A stretch of DNA of 64,000 nucleotides from Schizochytrium sp. TIO01 (lineage: Eukaryota > Protista > Bigyra: Labyrinthulomycetes), in contig SMSO01000037.1 in NCBI GenBank assembly GCA_004764695.1, positions 4,812,747 through 4,876,746 on the forward strand, given 5' to 3'. Below, piece by piece: positions 9,852 to 20,878 of the stretch; the stretch's first letter is position 1, and the number at the start of each line of letters is the position of its first letter. Both the position numbers and the translations under genes were made by a program. The notes beneath the pieces were generated by a model. It was not told the origin of the DNA. It saw only the letters and a program-made list of their open reading frames with translations, and did no database searches.

Positions 9852-12035
9852 CTAGCGAAGAAGAATTTGTTTTCCAGTGTTGCCACTCCACTTCTCGAAA
9901 GGAAAATCCTCAACATAATTGGGAATTTTGCGGCGATTTTCAAACCGAGGAACTAGTGTGTCTGCTGTCACTAGCACTCCAATGTATAGACGACGGCGAA
10001 TTAGAAAAAAAGTGATAGCTCTTGGTTCCAGAAAAAGTGCCGCAATCCGGACAAAAAAATAAGTATCAAGTGGTAACAATAGGGTGCCCCACATCGTGAG
10101 GTTGTCTTCGATAAGTGAAATGAAATGGTGATATGTTCCAAACACCGTAGTTACGGGTGACGCCCAGATACGTGAAAAGTGAGAAATGGACCTTCCTTCA
10201 AAGGCAACCGTTCGCTCGTAACTACTTAATGCATTAGCGCCAGGGCTAAATCCGCTATTTGGAGATAGTATTGAGCTTGCCGAGGCAGTAATGGAACCAC
10301 GGCGACTTGCACTGTGCACAATACTGTTATTTGTACTTGCATTCGTTTTTCGCCGTCCTTGAAACGCAACTGTAACCACCAAAATACCTTCTGACAGCAG
10401 GAAGAAACACAAAGCAAGGCCAACAGGTCGCCAAAATAACAAGGTGATTACTTCAAGACCTGAAACGCTTACAGGATAGAAATGATGCCAGTCCAAAATT
10501 TTACAAAAGGAATCACTCGCGCATCGCACAAGGCATTCTTCATTTCTGATCTGACCGAGCAAGTAAGCTCGTTTGATTGCTTCTTCTAATATTTTCCCTG
10601 CGACCATGGGTACAGTGGGTATGCAATACATAAAGAGCATGATGCCTGAACTGCTAAAACGAATTCCAGAGAGTGCACCAACTGCTCCAGCAAATACAGC
10701 TACAATACAAGCAACAGATATAGAGCTACCCAGAATGAACTTTGTTTCCAGTGTTTCGCCTAAAATTACTGTTCCTACATAAACATGTGAAGTCATCAGG
10801 GCGAAAACACTAAACGTAAAAAAGGCAACAGGAGGTGACGTAATGAGACTTCCAACAATCTCACCTCTGATTGCGATTCGAACGTTATAAAGAGTTGTAC
10901 CGGTGAACAGGAGATGCGTTAGCAGCATGCGTGAGAATATATTGACTAGAACAACTACGCTAAAGGCTGCAAAAAGAAAATCTTGCCAGTACCCTAATCT
11001 GCGACTTGCATTAGATGCATGTGATGTCCTTATTGAAGCAACAACCTCCACAGAGACAGTCTTCTCCAATGCGATATCAGGCCATGCAAAAGGTTCGAGA
11101 AGCGATATTCTTTTGATCGTTTTATATGAGCTTGCAATTCCAAAACCATAGGAGCTACGCGTTTCTATAGCTCCGGTAACTGTTATACTATCTGAAGCCA
11201 ACTCCAAGGGCGTAGTTCCAAAACAAACCAGCGTACAATCTTCACTAGTTAAAAGATTGCAAATCGCGCCAAGCTGACCGGAGTGAGATGAAGTTTCGGT
11301 GTAGTTATCAACGTAGCAGGTATGAGAGCTTATAAGAGAAAGGTTCCCAGTGGCAAACATTATACCAACGAAACTGAGCGAACTGTCAGCTATAGACACA
11401 ACTGAGTATGGAATAGGTTCATTTAGCGTACCGATGATTATTGATTCTTCTTCATGATCCCCTCCCGTGATTCTAACATCGATATCACCCGTAACATTCT
11501 CGATCACGCCACTAAGCTGTGTCATAACAAGGCGGTTTGTTGTTTTGCTCACATGCGCATACCACCCCGCAATAAAGCTCAAAAGAAACACCAGCAAGAA
11601 ACACGAGAGAAGGAGCACCCCAAAATTCCCCAAACCTAAAGCGATCGAAATTGCTTGCTTTCTTCTAGATTGCTTTGCTATTTTTGACTTTCGTTTCTGC
11701 GCTTTTGGAAAACGAAGCTCAGCTGGCCTTACTTTTGTCGGATTTCGAGATTTGCGCGTGGAAGAAGCCCTGGATGGATATAAAGTTTTTATGTGTGTGA
11801 CAAAGTCTTCGAGTTTGCGTTGGCGTTTAGTAGGGCGCTCAATATTAAGTGCCTCGAATATATCCCCGTGACCTTCGAGCTGGTGACGCAAGTCGGCTAT
11901 TTCTTTGGCCCATATTGACGTTGGTGCACCTGCTCTCCCAGCATTCAATTTATTGAATCCACTACTTCGCCTTCGCTTGCCCACCTGCGAGTCACCCCCA
12001 AACTTGATTGAGGATTTTGGTGCAGTACTATACAT
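9852..12035 (-). CDS. Uncharacterised multi-pass membrane protein (about 727 aa)
   Basis: Long ORF with first ATG at 12035. Basic N-terminus, a hydrophobic segment (LGLGNFGVLLLSCFLLVFLLSFIAGWY), a Cys-containing likely extracellular region with N-x-S/T sites, then about six more hydrophobic segments. No family recognised. Confidence 0.7.
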   Translation of the reverse strand: MYSTAPKSSIKFGGDSQVGKRRRSSGFNKLNAGRAGAPTSIWAKEIADLRHQLEGHGDIFEALNIERPTKRQRKLEDFVTHIKTLYPSRASSTRKSRNPTKVRPAELRFPKAQKRKSKIAKQSRRKQAISIALGLGNFGVLLLSCFLLVFLLSFIAGWYAHVSKTTNRLVMTQLSGVIENVTGDIDVRITGGDHEEESIIIGTLNEPIPYSVVSIADSSLSFVGIMFATGNLSLISSHTCYVDNYTETSSHSGQLGAICNLLTSEDCTLVCFGTTPLELASDSITVTGAIETRSSYGFGIASSYKTIKRISLLEPFAWPDIALEKTVSVEVVASIRTSHASNASRRLGYWQDFLFAAFSVVVLVNIFSRMLLTHLLFTGTTLYNVRIAIRGEIVGSLITSPPVAFFTFSVFALMTSHVYVGTVILGETLETKFILGSSISVACIVAVFAGAVGALSGIRFSSSGIMLFMYCIPTVPMVAGKILEEAIKRAYLLGQIRNEECLVRCASDSFCKILDWHHFYPVSVSGLEVITLLFWRPVGLALCFFLLSEGILVVTVAFQGRRKTNASTNNSIVHSASRRGSITASASSILSPNSGFSPGANALSSYERTVAFEGRSISHFSRIWASPVTTVFGTYHHFISLIEDNLTMWGTLLLPLDTYFFVRIAALFLEPRAITFFLIRRRLYIGVLVTADTLVPRFENRRKIPNYVEDFPFEKWSGNTGKQILLR

Positions 12036-13864
12036 GATAAAGAACCCCAAAGAGGGACTTGTGTCGAATTTAGATGAGCTGTGTTTTCGATATTCTTCTT
12101 GTATTCCTATCGCCTTTTCCTTGCAGACCTAACGCAGTGCAGGACTTCCAGTACCTGCACCAATAGGAAAATTGGCAGCGATAATAGCGCCAACAACGCC
12201 ACCGGCGTTACCAGCTCCTCTAAAAAGTGCTCTTTTCACTGATGCAATTGCAAATTAGATCAGCTTGTATAACAGAACCTTTGTTCAAAATGATGAGCAT
12301 CAGCATATCTATGGTTGTTAGGAATCTGATTAGTGGTTTATTCACGAGAGAACAAACAGGTGTGTACGCGAGCGTTGATTGTGTACATGAAGTTGAAGTG
12401 TTAACTCTGTTGTGTTTGCATTATCCTTGCTACAGCAAAAGATGCCTCTTTAGCCGTTCGTACTCTAGTCTAGATAAGAACTCACAGTTTTTACTGGGGG
12501 CTCGCTCTGCTGTGTGTATATCGTTTTCTTTTCATTTTCTTCACAAAGCCCCACGACTCCCTGTAATGATAAAATATATATTTGATTTTGAAATCAGTGT
12601 TCTGCCTGCTGACCAGCACACTCTATTTTATCAACCTACAGACATTTTCGTAAACAAGCCTATAGCCCTCTCACAAATTTTTATTTATTTTTACTCAACG
12701 GATCTTTTGCGAGTGGAGGTCATTAGGTTATTTCTATTCTTATTTTTGTTTTATTTTTGACATTTTTATTTTTATTACTGGATAGGTAGTAGTGGTAGAT
12801 GGAATGTTATTGTTGTTGTTTTGAATAAAGATTTGCCATGTATAATATCGTGTTATGCAATGATGGCGAGGAGCGATACATACGCAAAGAACGAATATGC
12901 GCGCACTATTTAATTTTTTTCTTTTAAATACTTTTTCTTCTTTCTCTCGATTCTTTCTAATCATTCATTCATGTGTTTGTTAGTAGTATTATCTCAAATA
13001 AAAGTCAACTACTTTATCAAAGGAAGAACTAGAAGAAAGCAGAGCCTCTTTGAATTTTATTCATTTTCTGATATCAGCGGTTCTCAATAATTGCAAAGAG
13101 TATAAATCCACTATATACATATACTGAAGTAATCGACATACAATGTTAGAGTAAAACTCCTTCAAAACAGTGATCAAACAGATTGTGAGTTCTGTGCAAT
13201 ATGTGACTCAGACGAAAGCTCATATCTATAAAGTTTACTATGTAGGCCTAGTAGGAAAAAATATTGATTTGTAGGAGAATCATGTTTCATAAAAATTAGA
13301 ATGCTTCTTTCGCTTCATTGATAGATCGAATGGAATTCAGCAAGTAGAATTCCCAACAAAAGAGACTATCGTGTGCTTTCATAAGCGAGGCACTTCAATT
13401 TTTGTGGTTATTACTTCTCTTATTTCCATCTCATCATGTTTCCTTTTGTGAGAGGACCATTTGCTGTTGTAAAGAAAGACTACTTCTTATTTATTACACA
13501 ATCCCAAATAAGTCGATAAAATTTGAGACGGTATACCTTAAATTCTAGTTTGAGGTGGATTTATACTTTCTTATTGGCTACACCCATAAGTAAAGGCAAG
13601 ATAATATTTAGCAAATGCAAGTAAGGAATTAATCAGGAAAAGAACCATGGTTCCTAGTATCAAGAATAACGTGCATGCAAGCTGATTGCACAGGGTATTT
13701 GAAAAATTCATTTGAAAATTTCATCGGTGTATGAAGAACATCGAATTTCATTTAGGAATGATGTAGTAGTAGTAGCATCAATATATTCGCGAAAGTTGAA
13801 ACCCTGCTCTCTTTTGTAGAATCTAATAATATCATGCTCGTCTGGTGGTCGCTTTGCTTCCTGT

Positions 13865-14436
13865 TTACTCCTTATTCTCCTCCTCCTTGGCAGCCTCTTC
13901 CTTAGTCTCCTCTTCCTTAGCAGCCTCTTCCTGAGCAGCCTCTTCCTTAGTCTCCTCTTCCTTAGCAGCCTCTTCCTTAGTCTCCTCTTAGTCTCCTCTT
14001 CCTTAGCAGCCTCTTCCTTAGCAGCCTCCTCCTTGGCCTCTTCCTTGGGCTTGTCCTGCTCATTGGCCTTCTTCTCAAGCTTGCGCTGCTTACGAACACG
14101 AGCAGTCAACACATTAAACTTGCCAGCACCAATGGCATCCTTGGCAAGGTGAAAGTAAACACCTCCAGGGGTCTTTCGGCGTGACCCATCTGCGGTTTTG
14201 ATACCCTCCTCGGACTTCTCGACCTCTTGTGCCTTGGCGAGGAGCTTCTCAGCCTCCTCAGCGCCAAGCTGCTCCACGATGAGCTCCACAAGGAGCTCGT
14301 TCTCCTCCTTCAATTCCTCACACACCTTCTTTGTGATAGCGCTCACCTCAGAGCTAGCCTCCTCAGCGCTGCGCTTAGTGCCCTTGGCGACCTCATCGGC
14401 CACCACGGGGGTCTCTTCAGCCTTGGAATCACTCAT
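13865..14436 (-). CDS. Small acidic protein with a PHAX-type RNA-binding domain; apparent frameshift near 13988
   Basis: LKEENELLVELIVEQLG...GIKTADGSRRKTPGGVYFHLAK matches the PHAX RNA-binding motif (G...dg.RrRTpGGvf..L). The EEAAK/EEETK repeat loses frame at about 13988. Restoring it gives ...KEEENKE-TAA with the stop at 13865-13867. Confidence 0.78.
13875..14046 (-). repeat. 15-bp coding minisatellite (AAGGAAGAGGCTGCT / AAGGAAGAGGAGACT; KEEAA/KEEET)
   Basis: About 11 imperfect units read directly; one unit (13981-13991) is 4 nt short. Confidence 0.9.
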
Positions 14437-16212
14437 GTTGACAACCTTTTTCAGCTCTGCCTGCGAACTACAAAAGACAGATCTCTGTCGTTGGCGTAAA
14501 GCTCCACCACGGCCTAGGACTGCCTCGTTGCACTGGTCTCAACAACGAATGGTTTTGCTTTAACTTCTGCTCCCAACTCTCTTTAAACATCAAGTCTCTC
14601 GTGGCTTGCCACTTGCACCAACCTTATTATAGCCATCAATGCTACATATTAGGCTAATAGTACCTTACTGCCTAACAGGAATGAATGACAATGTGGATTC
14701 TGAGTGTCAGGAATTATGGTTGCCCAATTCGCTTGGGTTGTCAATCGACTAATTTTTGACACCACTTATGTGTCATAGTGTGGCAATGGCTGATCCTTAA
14801 GTATGAAGAAGTGCTTAGGTTCTGAGAGACAGTCGTTGGATTCTTCATTGTATGCTTACAATATTTTATTGTCTTCATGAGTATGAGGACCTAGCAATTA
14901 GTTAGTGCCTAGATAGGCTTAGAGCCCGCATTCACTGGACATGAATGATGGTTCTAGGAGTGGTAGAAAGAAAGAGTAGGCTTCCTTCATATACTGCGAA
15001 GAAACGTGTTACTTTCAGTTAATAGTTGACCTGGTTGTTTAGAGAAATAGCATTGAAACACTTCGTTGTTTTTTTTAACAAATGGGCTGAGAAGTGGGAG
15101 CCTAAGAAGAGCAAGTACAAATAGAACGAAGCAACGAAAGATGAACCTTGAAAGTATGGGTTCGCGGTCGAATAGGTTGTGCACAATGGTTAGTAGTACT
15201 TATATAGCCCTACCAACTAGCCTAGAGAGGCTTCCTTTGTGAGAATTTTGCTGTAAATCATGTTAAGACTTAGTAAAATTCTGCAAGAAAGGAGTCAAAG
15301 TGTAGACTGATTGTTGCTACCAAACTCTAGAGGTTATGTTTGGTGTCAAATTACGGGATGGGCACTCTTTCTACGTTGCAAATCTGGATTTGACATGCCA
15401 CGATTTTGTTTACTTCTTTGGAGGCTTTTTCAGAAGAAGTATATGCGATTGTTTCTTACCATGATACTCTTTTAGTTGAATCAATTGCTAATGTTACCAT
15501 CAAACTTCACGTTACAAAGCTTGGAAGGTCATTTTCTTTATGCCTTTTTAGGAATATGTCCGAATTTCGGAAACCTTTTTTACATCACTAGTAAACGTTG
15601 TTCTCCCAATACCATCATCTTGGAATTTGCCTCAACGTTGGTTTGGTGTGCAAACTGATTTTGTCCTCATTTTCTCAACAGCACGAAGATAAAAACGAAT
15701 TCCTTCGTTTTCTTCGCCCCCTTATGATGTTTATCATTTAGTCTATGAAAGAATGCATATAGTATTAAGTGTTGCATTATAATTCCATAGGACAGAAACT
15801 ATTTCGGTAGTTTGCTTAATTAGAGTCTGTAACTCTACCTCGTGAACTATATGTCCATACTTTTATGACAGATTGTTACTGCCGCCCCTTCTTGAGTAGG
15901 CCTTGAAGTCGAGCGATTCCCCCAGGCAGGTCTCTCTCTGCCTTATCGGCAATCGACAATTGACTACCTTCGGCTGCTATTAGTAGCAACAACTACCCAT
16001 TGCTTAAAGAGCCTAGTGCCTATCTTTCTATCCTATATATAGGCCTATTCTGAGTTCAAGCATTTTACAGTTTGAGCACCAAATACAAACCCAATAGAGC
16101 TACAACTACAACTCTGGGATTGCTCCTCGTGCAGAGCTTTAGAGCTACGTTGACTGTGGAAGAACACAACGACCAAGCTTGGAAGCTACGGACGTTTGTG
16201 GGGGTGCCCAAA

Positions 16213-17274
16213 ATGGCATTCTCACAGTTGAGCAGTAACGAACTTCGGCTAAACCTTGGCAATCTTGGAGGTGGTTCGCCAGCGCAACCGAACAACACCA
16301 GCTCAGCGGCTACACGCAAGCTTGCTCGCAAGCAAAAGACCTATGTAATGCTCACACTATTTGTATTCATGGCCGTGGCACTTGGTGGGCTTCTTTGGCG
16401 AACTCTTTCATGGCTCCTGTTGGGCCCAAGTGAGAGTGAGCTGGCATTTCAACGGGAGCAGTCATTTCTGCGACATCAACGCGTAATTGAACTCGGCGAC
16501 TTTAATCAGGAGCTCGCAAGAGGTACCCAAAACCTGATTCTGGTCGCTTGCCATAGCATTACCGTAGGTGAGAACCTTGATGACGCTGATATTCGCGATG
16601 ACAAATGGATGTTGGTGGACTATCAAAAGCACGCTGATATGCCGATGGCTTTCACTGGTCATATTCGAAAGGGTATTGAGCTGGCTCAAGAAGATCCAAA
16701 GTCTCTATTAATGTTTAGCGGAGGCCAAACTCGACTCCACGCTGGGCCAAAGAGTGAGGCTGTTAGTTATTTCTTTGTAGCAGATCATTTTGGGTGGTGG
16801 TCTCCCAAGGCTGCGAAGTCTGTGCGGGCCCGGACTGTCATAGAGGAATACTCAACTGATTCTCTTGAAAACCTTTTGTTCGCTCTGTGCCGTTTTCGAG
16901 AAGTCACCGGATCCTACCCAGCGCATGTTACAGTCATTGGATACTCATTTAAGCAGGAGCGCTTTCAGGACGTTCACCGCTCTGCACTTCGCTACCCACT
17001 CGAGCGCTTTACATATGTTGGTGTGGACCCTGATACTCCAGCGTTCCTTGCTCGCTTGCCTCAGCTTGAGCATTTCGAGTCCAAGGCTTCCATTGAGCCA
17101 TTTCGCTCAGACCCATATGGCTGTTATAGTGAGGTGCTTCGTCATAAACGAGTTGACCGCAACCCTTTCTACCGCCAACCAGGCTATATTCTGAGTTGTC
17201 CTGAAATCTCAACATTACTTCGGTATTGCGAGCGATCTCTCTATCCAGCGGGTGAACTTCCATGGGATTCTTAA
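16213..17274 (+). CDS. DUF218/YdcF-like (Rossmann-like fold) single-pass membrane protein
   Basis: N-terminal TM (VMLTLFVFMAVALGGLLW), then LILVACHSI, LLMFSGGQTR, SEAVSY, EEYSTDSLENLLFALCRFREVTGSYP, FKQERF, DPYGC, RNPF, as in the conserved eukaryotic uncharacterised family of this fold. First in-frame ATG is 16213. Confidence 0.78.
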   Translation: MAFSQLSSNELRLNLGNLGGGSPAQPNNTSSAATRKLARKQKTYVMLTLFVFMAVALGGLLWRTLSWLLLGPSESELAFQREQSFLRHQRVIELGDFNQELARGTQNLILVACHSITVGENLDDADIRDDKWMLVDYQKHADMPMAFTGHIRKGIELAQEDPKSLLMFSGGQTRLHAGPKSEAVSYFFVADHFGWWSPKAAKSVRARTVIEEYSTDSLENLLFALCRFREVTGSYPAHVTVIGYSFKQERFQDVHRSALRYPLERFTYVGVDPDTPAFLARLPQLEHFESKASIEPFRSDPYGCYSEVLRHKRVDRNPFYRQPGYILSCPEISTLLRYCERSLYPAGELPWDS

Positions 17275-18329
17275 GGAGGGAATTATGTTTTTTAAATCTG
17301 TAAAATGCTTCTTTTTCTCGTTGAATGTACTAAGTTGCTGCCCTAATCGTAGTATATAACGCTTGCTCTTTTCAATATCTCATCGAATCTCACGCATCAT
17401 AAGGGGAACCGAGGATTGGTGATAGTACTTGCTCCGATGTCATTTCTGTATTGATGTTGGCTAATTTAGTTGCCCGGCGCATAATTTGTCTAGTCTTTTA
17501 AAATTAGTACATATAAGGCAACGCCTCTTTCAAGGATTTAAAGATGCTTGCCCCAAGCTTATATTCAGAATTTAATTTACAATCATGCTTAATAATTTAT
17601 AGCCGGTGCTCTCACAAGAGTTGGTCTATTATGTTGATTAAGCACGAGTGAGCTCAACTTTAGCAAAGATCAAATTTGGGGTACTCTAATTTTGTAATTG
17701 TTGAAGGCTAGATAGTACAAGAGAAGTAACGCTGCACGGCAGTGACTTGCAAGTCAGGTTGTTTATTATCGTGAACTTAGTACGTTGCAACAAGAAAAAT
17801 TCAATCGAAAAATCGCCAGTCGCTTGTGAAGGTGATAGTATCAGCAAACAGGTAAGGCTAGAGAATAATAAATACCAAATAAAGCTCAGTAAAGTTGAAG
17901 TGGATAGATCAAACTAGTGGCAATATGTAGTGACTTTGGCTACTAGTCATCTTCACCCTGCCTTCTAAAACTTTGTAAGTATGGGCTTATATATGTTTCA
18001 GTCTCAAATTCGAGACTGATACCAGAATCCGCTAAATATCTGTCCTTAACAGTGATATCTATAGAATTTAGCTTAGCTGAGGAAACTATTCTCCTAGTAA
18101 TATTTAATCTATCAGACAACTAGTTACTTGAAATTCGTAATATGCACTAGTTAATGTGAGGCCAAACTTCCAAGATGGAGGGATAATAGACAGAATATAC
18201 AAAAGCGCTCTTTCAAAGTATTTGTTCAAGACAAGGCCATTTTATGCAAATCTCTGCTTTTTTATTCCCCAAGTGAAAGATTCACGGGGTAAGCCTCTAG
18301 AATTTTGGTGACAGTGTGTATTCCAGATT

Positions 18330-18670
18330 GTCTCTCTGTCTCTCTCTGTCTCTCTCTGTCTCTCTCTGTCTCTCTCTGTCTCTCTCTCGCTCCCTCTCTC
18401 GCTCCCTCTCTCGCTCCCTCTCTCTCTGTCCCTCTCCCTCAGTACCTCTCTCGCTCCCTCTCTCTCGCTCCCTCTCTCGCTCCCTCTCTCGCTCCCTCTC
18501 TCTCTGTCCCTCTCCCTCAGTACCTCTCTCGCTCCCTCTCTCTCGCTCCCTCTCTCTTTCTCACACTCTCTCACACACTCTCTCTCCCTCTGTCCCTCTC
18601 TTTCTCACACTCTCTCACACACTCTCCCACACACTCTCTCACACACTATGCCTCTCTCTCTCTCTCTCTC
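18330..18670. repeat. Compound CT/GA-rich microsatellite with an internal 78-bp higher-order duplication
   Basis: (CTCTCTCTGT)n, (CTCTCTCGCTCC)n and (CTCTCTCACA)n blocks. The marker AGTAC recurs at 18441 and 18519. Confidence 0.95.
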
Positions 18671-18832
18671 TGAAGCAGAGCATATGCACAGACAGACCCA
18701 CAGGACCAAATGCACAAATAAGAAAATTAGTTGCTGGCAGGCTATAATGAATAGCATAACCCAATCTTAACTTTTGGCCGCAAGCTATCAGTGCCTGGTG
18801 CGGGCATATGCATCTTTGAAGAAAGGGGTGGG

Positions 18833-20254
18833 ATGATGCGACCTTTTCCAGGAGACTCAGACACAGGACCAATTCACGGGCTAAATGGAAACAGTCGCAA
18901 TGATGATATAACATCAGATGGCATCAATACCAACCACAGAAAGTGGTTCAAGTTTTTCCCCATTCTAAGTCTACCTCTAGTATTTTTCCTTCTCATTCTG
19001 GTTTCCAAAGATCTGATTGCAGAGGTTTATTTCAAACCAATATTGTTTAGCGATGATCCGCTTCAAACGACATACGCGAAGTACCTTCAACCAGCCTTTG
19101 GCAAAAGTCAGGTATGGACGTCTTCCACGCGCGAGCTATTAGATATGTACTGGCACCATGAATCGACAAGGACACGGGCACTTGTAAAGTATCAAAGATC
19201 ACAACAGCAAGCATCGACTGCTCATGCTTCAAAGGAAGATGGTGTCATGCTTGCTGTGTGGAGCCAGAAAACACCAATCTTCCATGGCAATATTCATGAG
19301 GGAAAGTATCAATGTGCACTTCCATGCGAGATTTCCTTCCAGCGTAGCAAGGCAGACGATGCCGACGCTCTCTTGCTCATGATGGACCGACCTGAAGATG
19401 AATTGCCAGGAAACAAGCCATTTATTGGTATCACATGGGAAAATCTGTCTAACATGCAGCGTTCTGACACCTACCGCACATGGTTACATTGGAACTCAAA
19501 CTTAAACACACAACTCAACTTTGCGCTTTGGAGGGGTCTTCGCCCAAACAAAGTGTGCTCATATGAGTTGGATGCAGATATTGTAAGCCCATATCCTTTT
19601 ATCAAAATGTTTGTCGAGCAGTACCGACCAGTTCCCCGTGCAAAGCTAGTGAAGCGTGCTCAGAATCAAACGAAAGCAGTTTTTGTTCTGATAAGCAACT
19701 CTAAAGCACGTATTATTCCCGATAGACTTGGCCTTTTAGAAGAAATTGCAAAGACCTATCCTGTGGATTCTTACGGGAAGGCTATGTTCAACCCGCATTT
19801 TCACAAAAAGCTCGAGGAGACCGTTTGGGAAAAGAAAGATGCAAAGTACTTGCAAGGGCAATACCTGTTTAGCAACGCAATAGAGAACTCATACGGAGTT
19901 GACTATGTTACAGAGAAAGTTTTCAATGCACTTTCTGCAGGAGGTGTACCCATATACTTGGGGGCTCCAAATATCGTAGACTATTTGCCAGATCGCAACG
20001 CTGTAATTCATGTTGGAGACTTCGAGAGTCCAAAGCAACTCGCTGAATATCTTCATGAGCTGACCAACGACATCGACCTTTACGTTGACCGTCACCAGAT
20101 CTGGCGAACTCGTGCAGAGTTGCCTGAAATGATGCACGAAATTGCAAGTCTCCTTGACAAGCCTCTTGCTTGCTCGTTTTGTGAAGCAGCAGCAGAGATC
20201 CGCCGTGAGAGCCGTATTGGGAAAGACGATGTCCGTTCCTCCTTAAGACACTGA
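18833..20254 (+). CDS. Glycosyltransferase family 10 (alpha-1,3/4-fucosyltransferase-like), type II membrane protein
   Basis: N-terminal TM (FFPILSLPLVFFLLILV). GT10 motif YLFSNAIENSYGVDYVTEKVFNALSAGGVPIYLGAPN, plus VDSYGK and DFESPKQLAEYL. First ATG is 18833. Confidence 0.9.
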   Translation: MMRPFPGDSDTGPIHGLNGNSRNDDITSDGINTNHRKWFKFFPILSLPLVFFLLILVSKDLIAEVYFKPILFSDDPLQTTYAKYLQPAFGKSQVWTSSTRELLDMYWHHESTRTRALVKYQRSQQQASTAHASKEDGVMLAVWSQKTPIFHGNIHEGKYQCALPCEISFQRSKADDADALLLMMDRPEDELPGNKPFIGITWENLSNMQRSDTYRTWLHWNSNLNTQLNFALWRGLRPNKVCSYELDADIVSPYPFIKMFVEQYRPVPRAKLVKRAQNQTKAVFVLISNSKARIIPDRLGLLEEIAKTYPVDSYGKAMFNPHFHKKLEETVWEKKDAKYLQGQYLFSNAIENSYGVDYVTEKVFNALSAGGVPIYLGAPNIVDYLPDRNAVIHVGDFESPKQLAEYLHELTNDIDLYVDRHQIWRTRAELPEMMHEIASLLDKPLACSFCEAAAEIRRESRIGKDDVRSSLRH

Positions 20255-20878
20255 CTGACCTGTAAGACGTCAACAAAGAACTAAAGAACTGACCAACAAT
20301 CTCTTTTTTTACGAATCCAACCTCTTCTCTCACCATGCTATGGAATAAATAGCCTAGCTCTCGATTTTTATTGCAAGGAGAAGTCAAACTCCTCCCAAAT
20401 TATTGTTTTTCGCAACAGGACTCACTGGGCTCAGTATTTGTGTTCTGTGTTCTCTCTGTTTCTTTAATGATTTGTTTGTTTAATTATTTGTATTCTTTTT
20501 TAGACAATTCTACTGCTTAGCTAGGTAGCTCTAAACTAGTATCAGCCCTAGCAAACAAAAAAAAGTATGATTGAGCAAGGGATGAGTAGTAGTAGTGATA
20601 TGCTTTCTCACTCGGTCCAAGTCTGAATCGACCGTGGTCAACGTTTGGAGTCGCACCCCTTGCTTTCACCGTGTACCTGTAGCGATTTAGCGCGCTACCT
20701 GAGCTGAAAAGTCTAAAGTTGGGTGGTGAAACTTCTCCATTCGGTCTAGTTGCAGTAGCCTCAAGAAACTCAACTCTCTCCCGGGTTCTCCTTGCTCGAC
20801 TCTAACATACGTGTCTATAGGAAGACTCTGCAAATCGTGTCGAAGAGAAATTAAAAGTTACTTTGATATGCTACAAGC

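Noticed and set aside
18242-18747. ORFs of 110-143 aa (RERE/SLSL-rich)
   Set aside because: Artefacts of the CT/GA microsatellite, which lacks stop codons.
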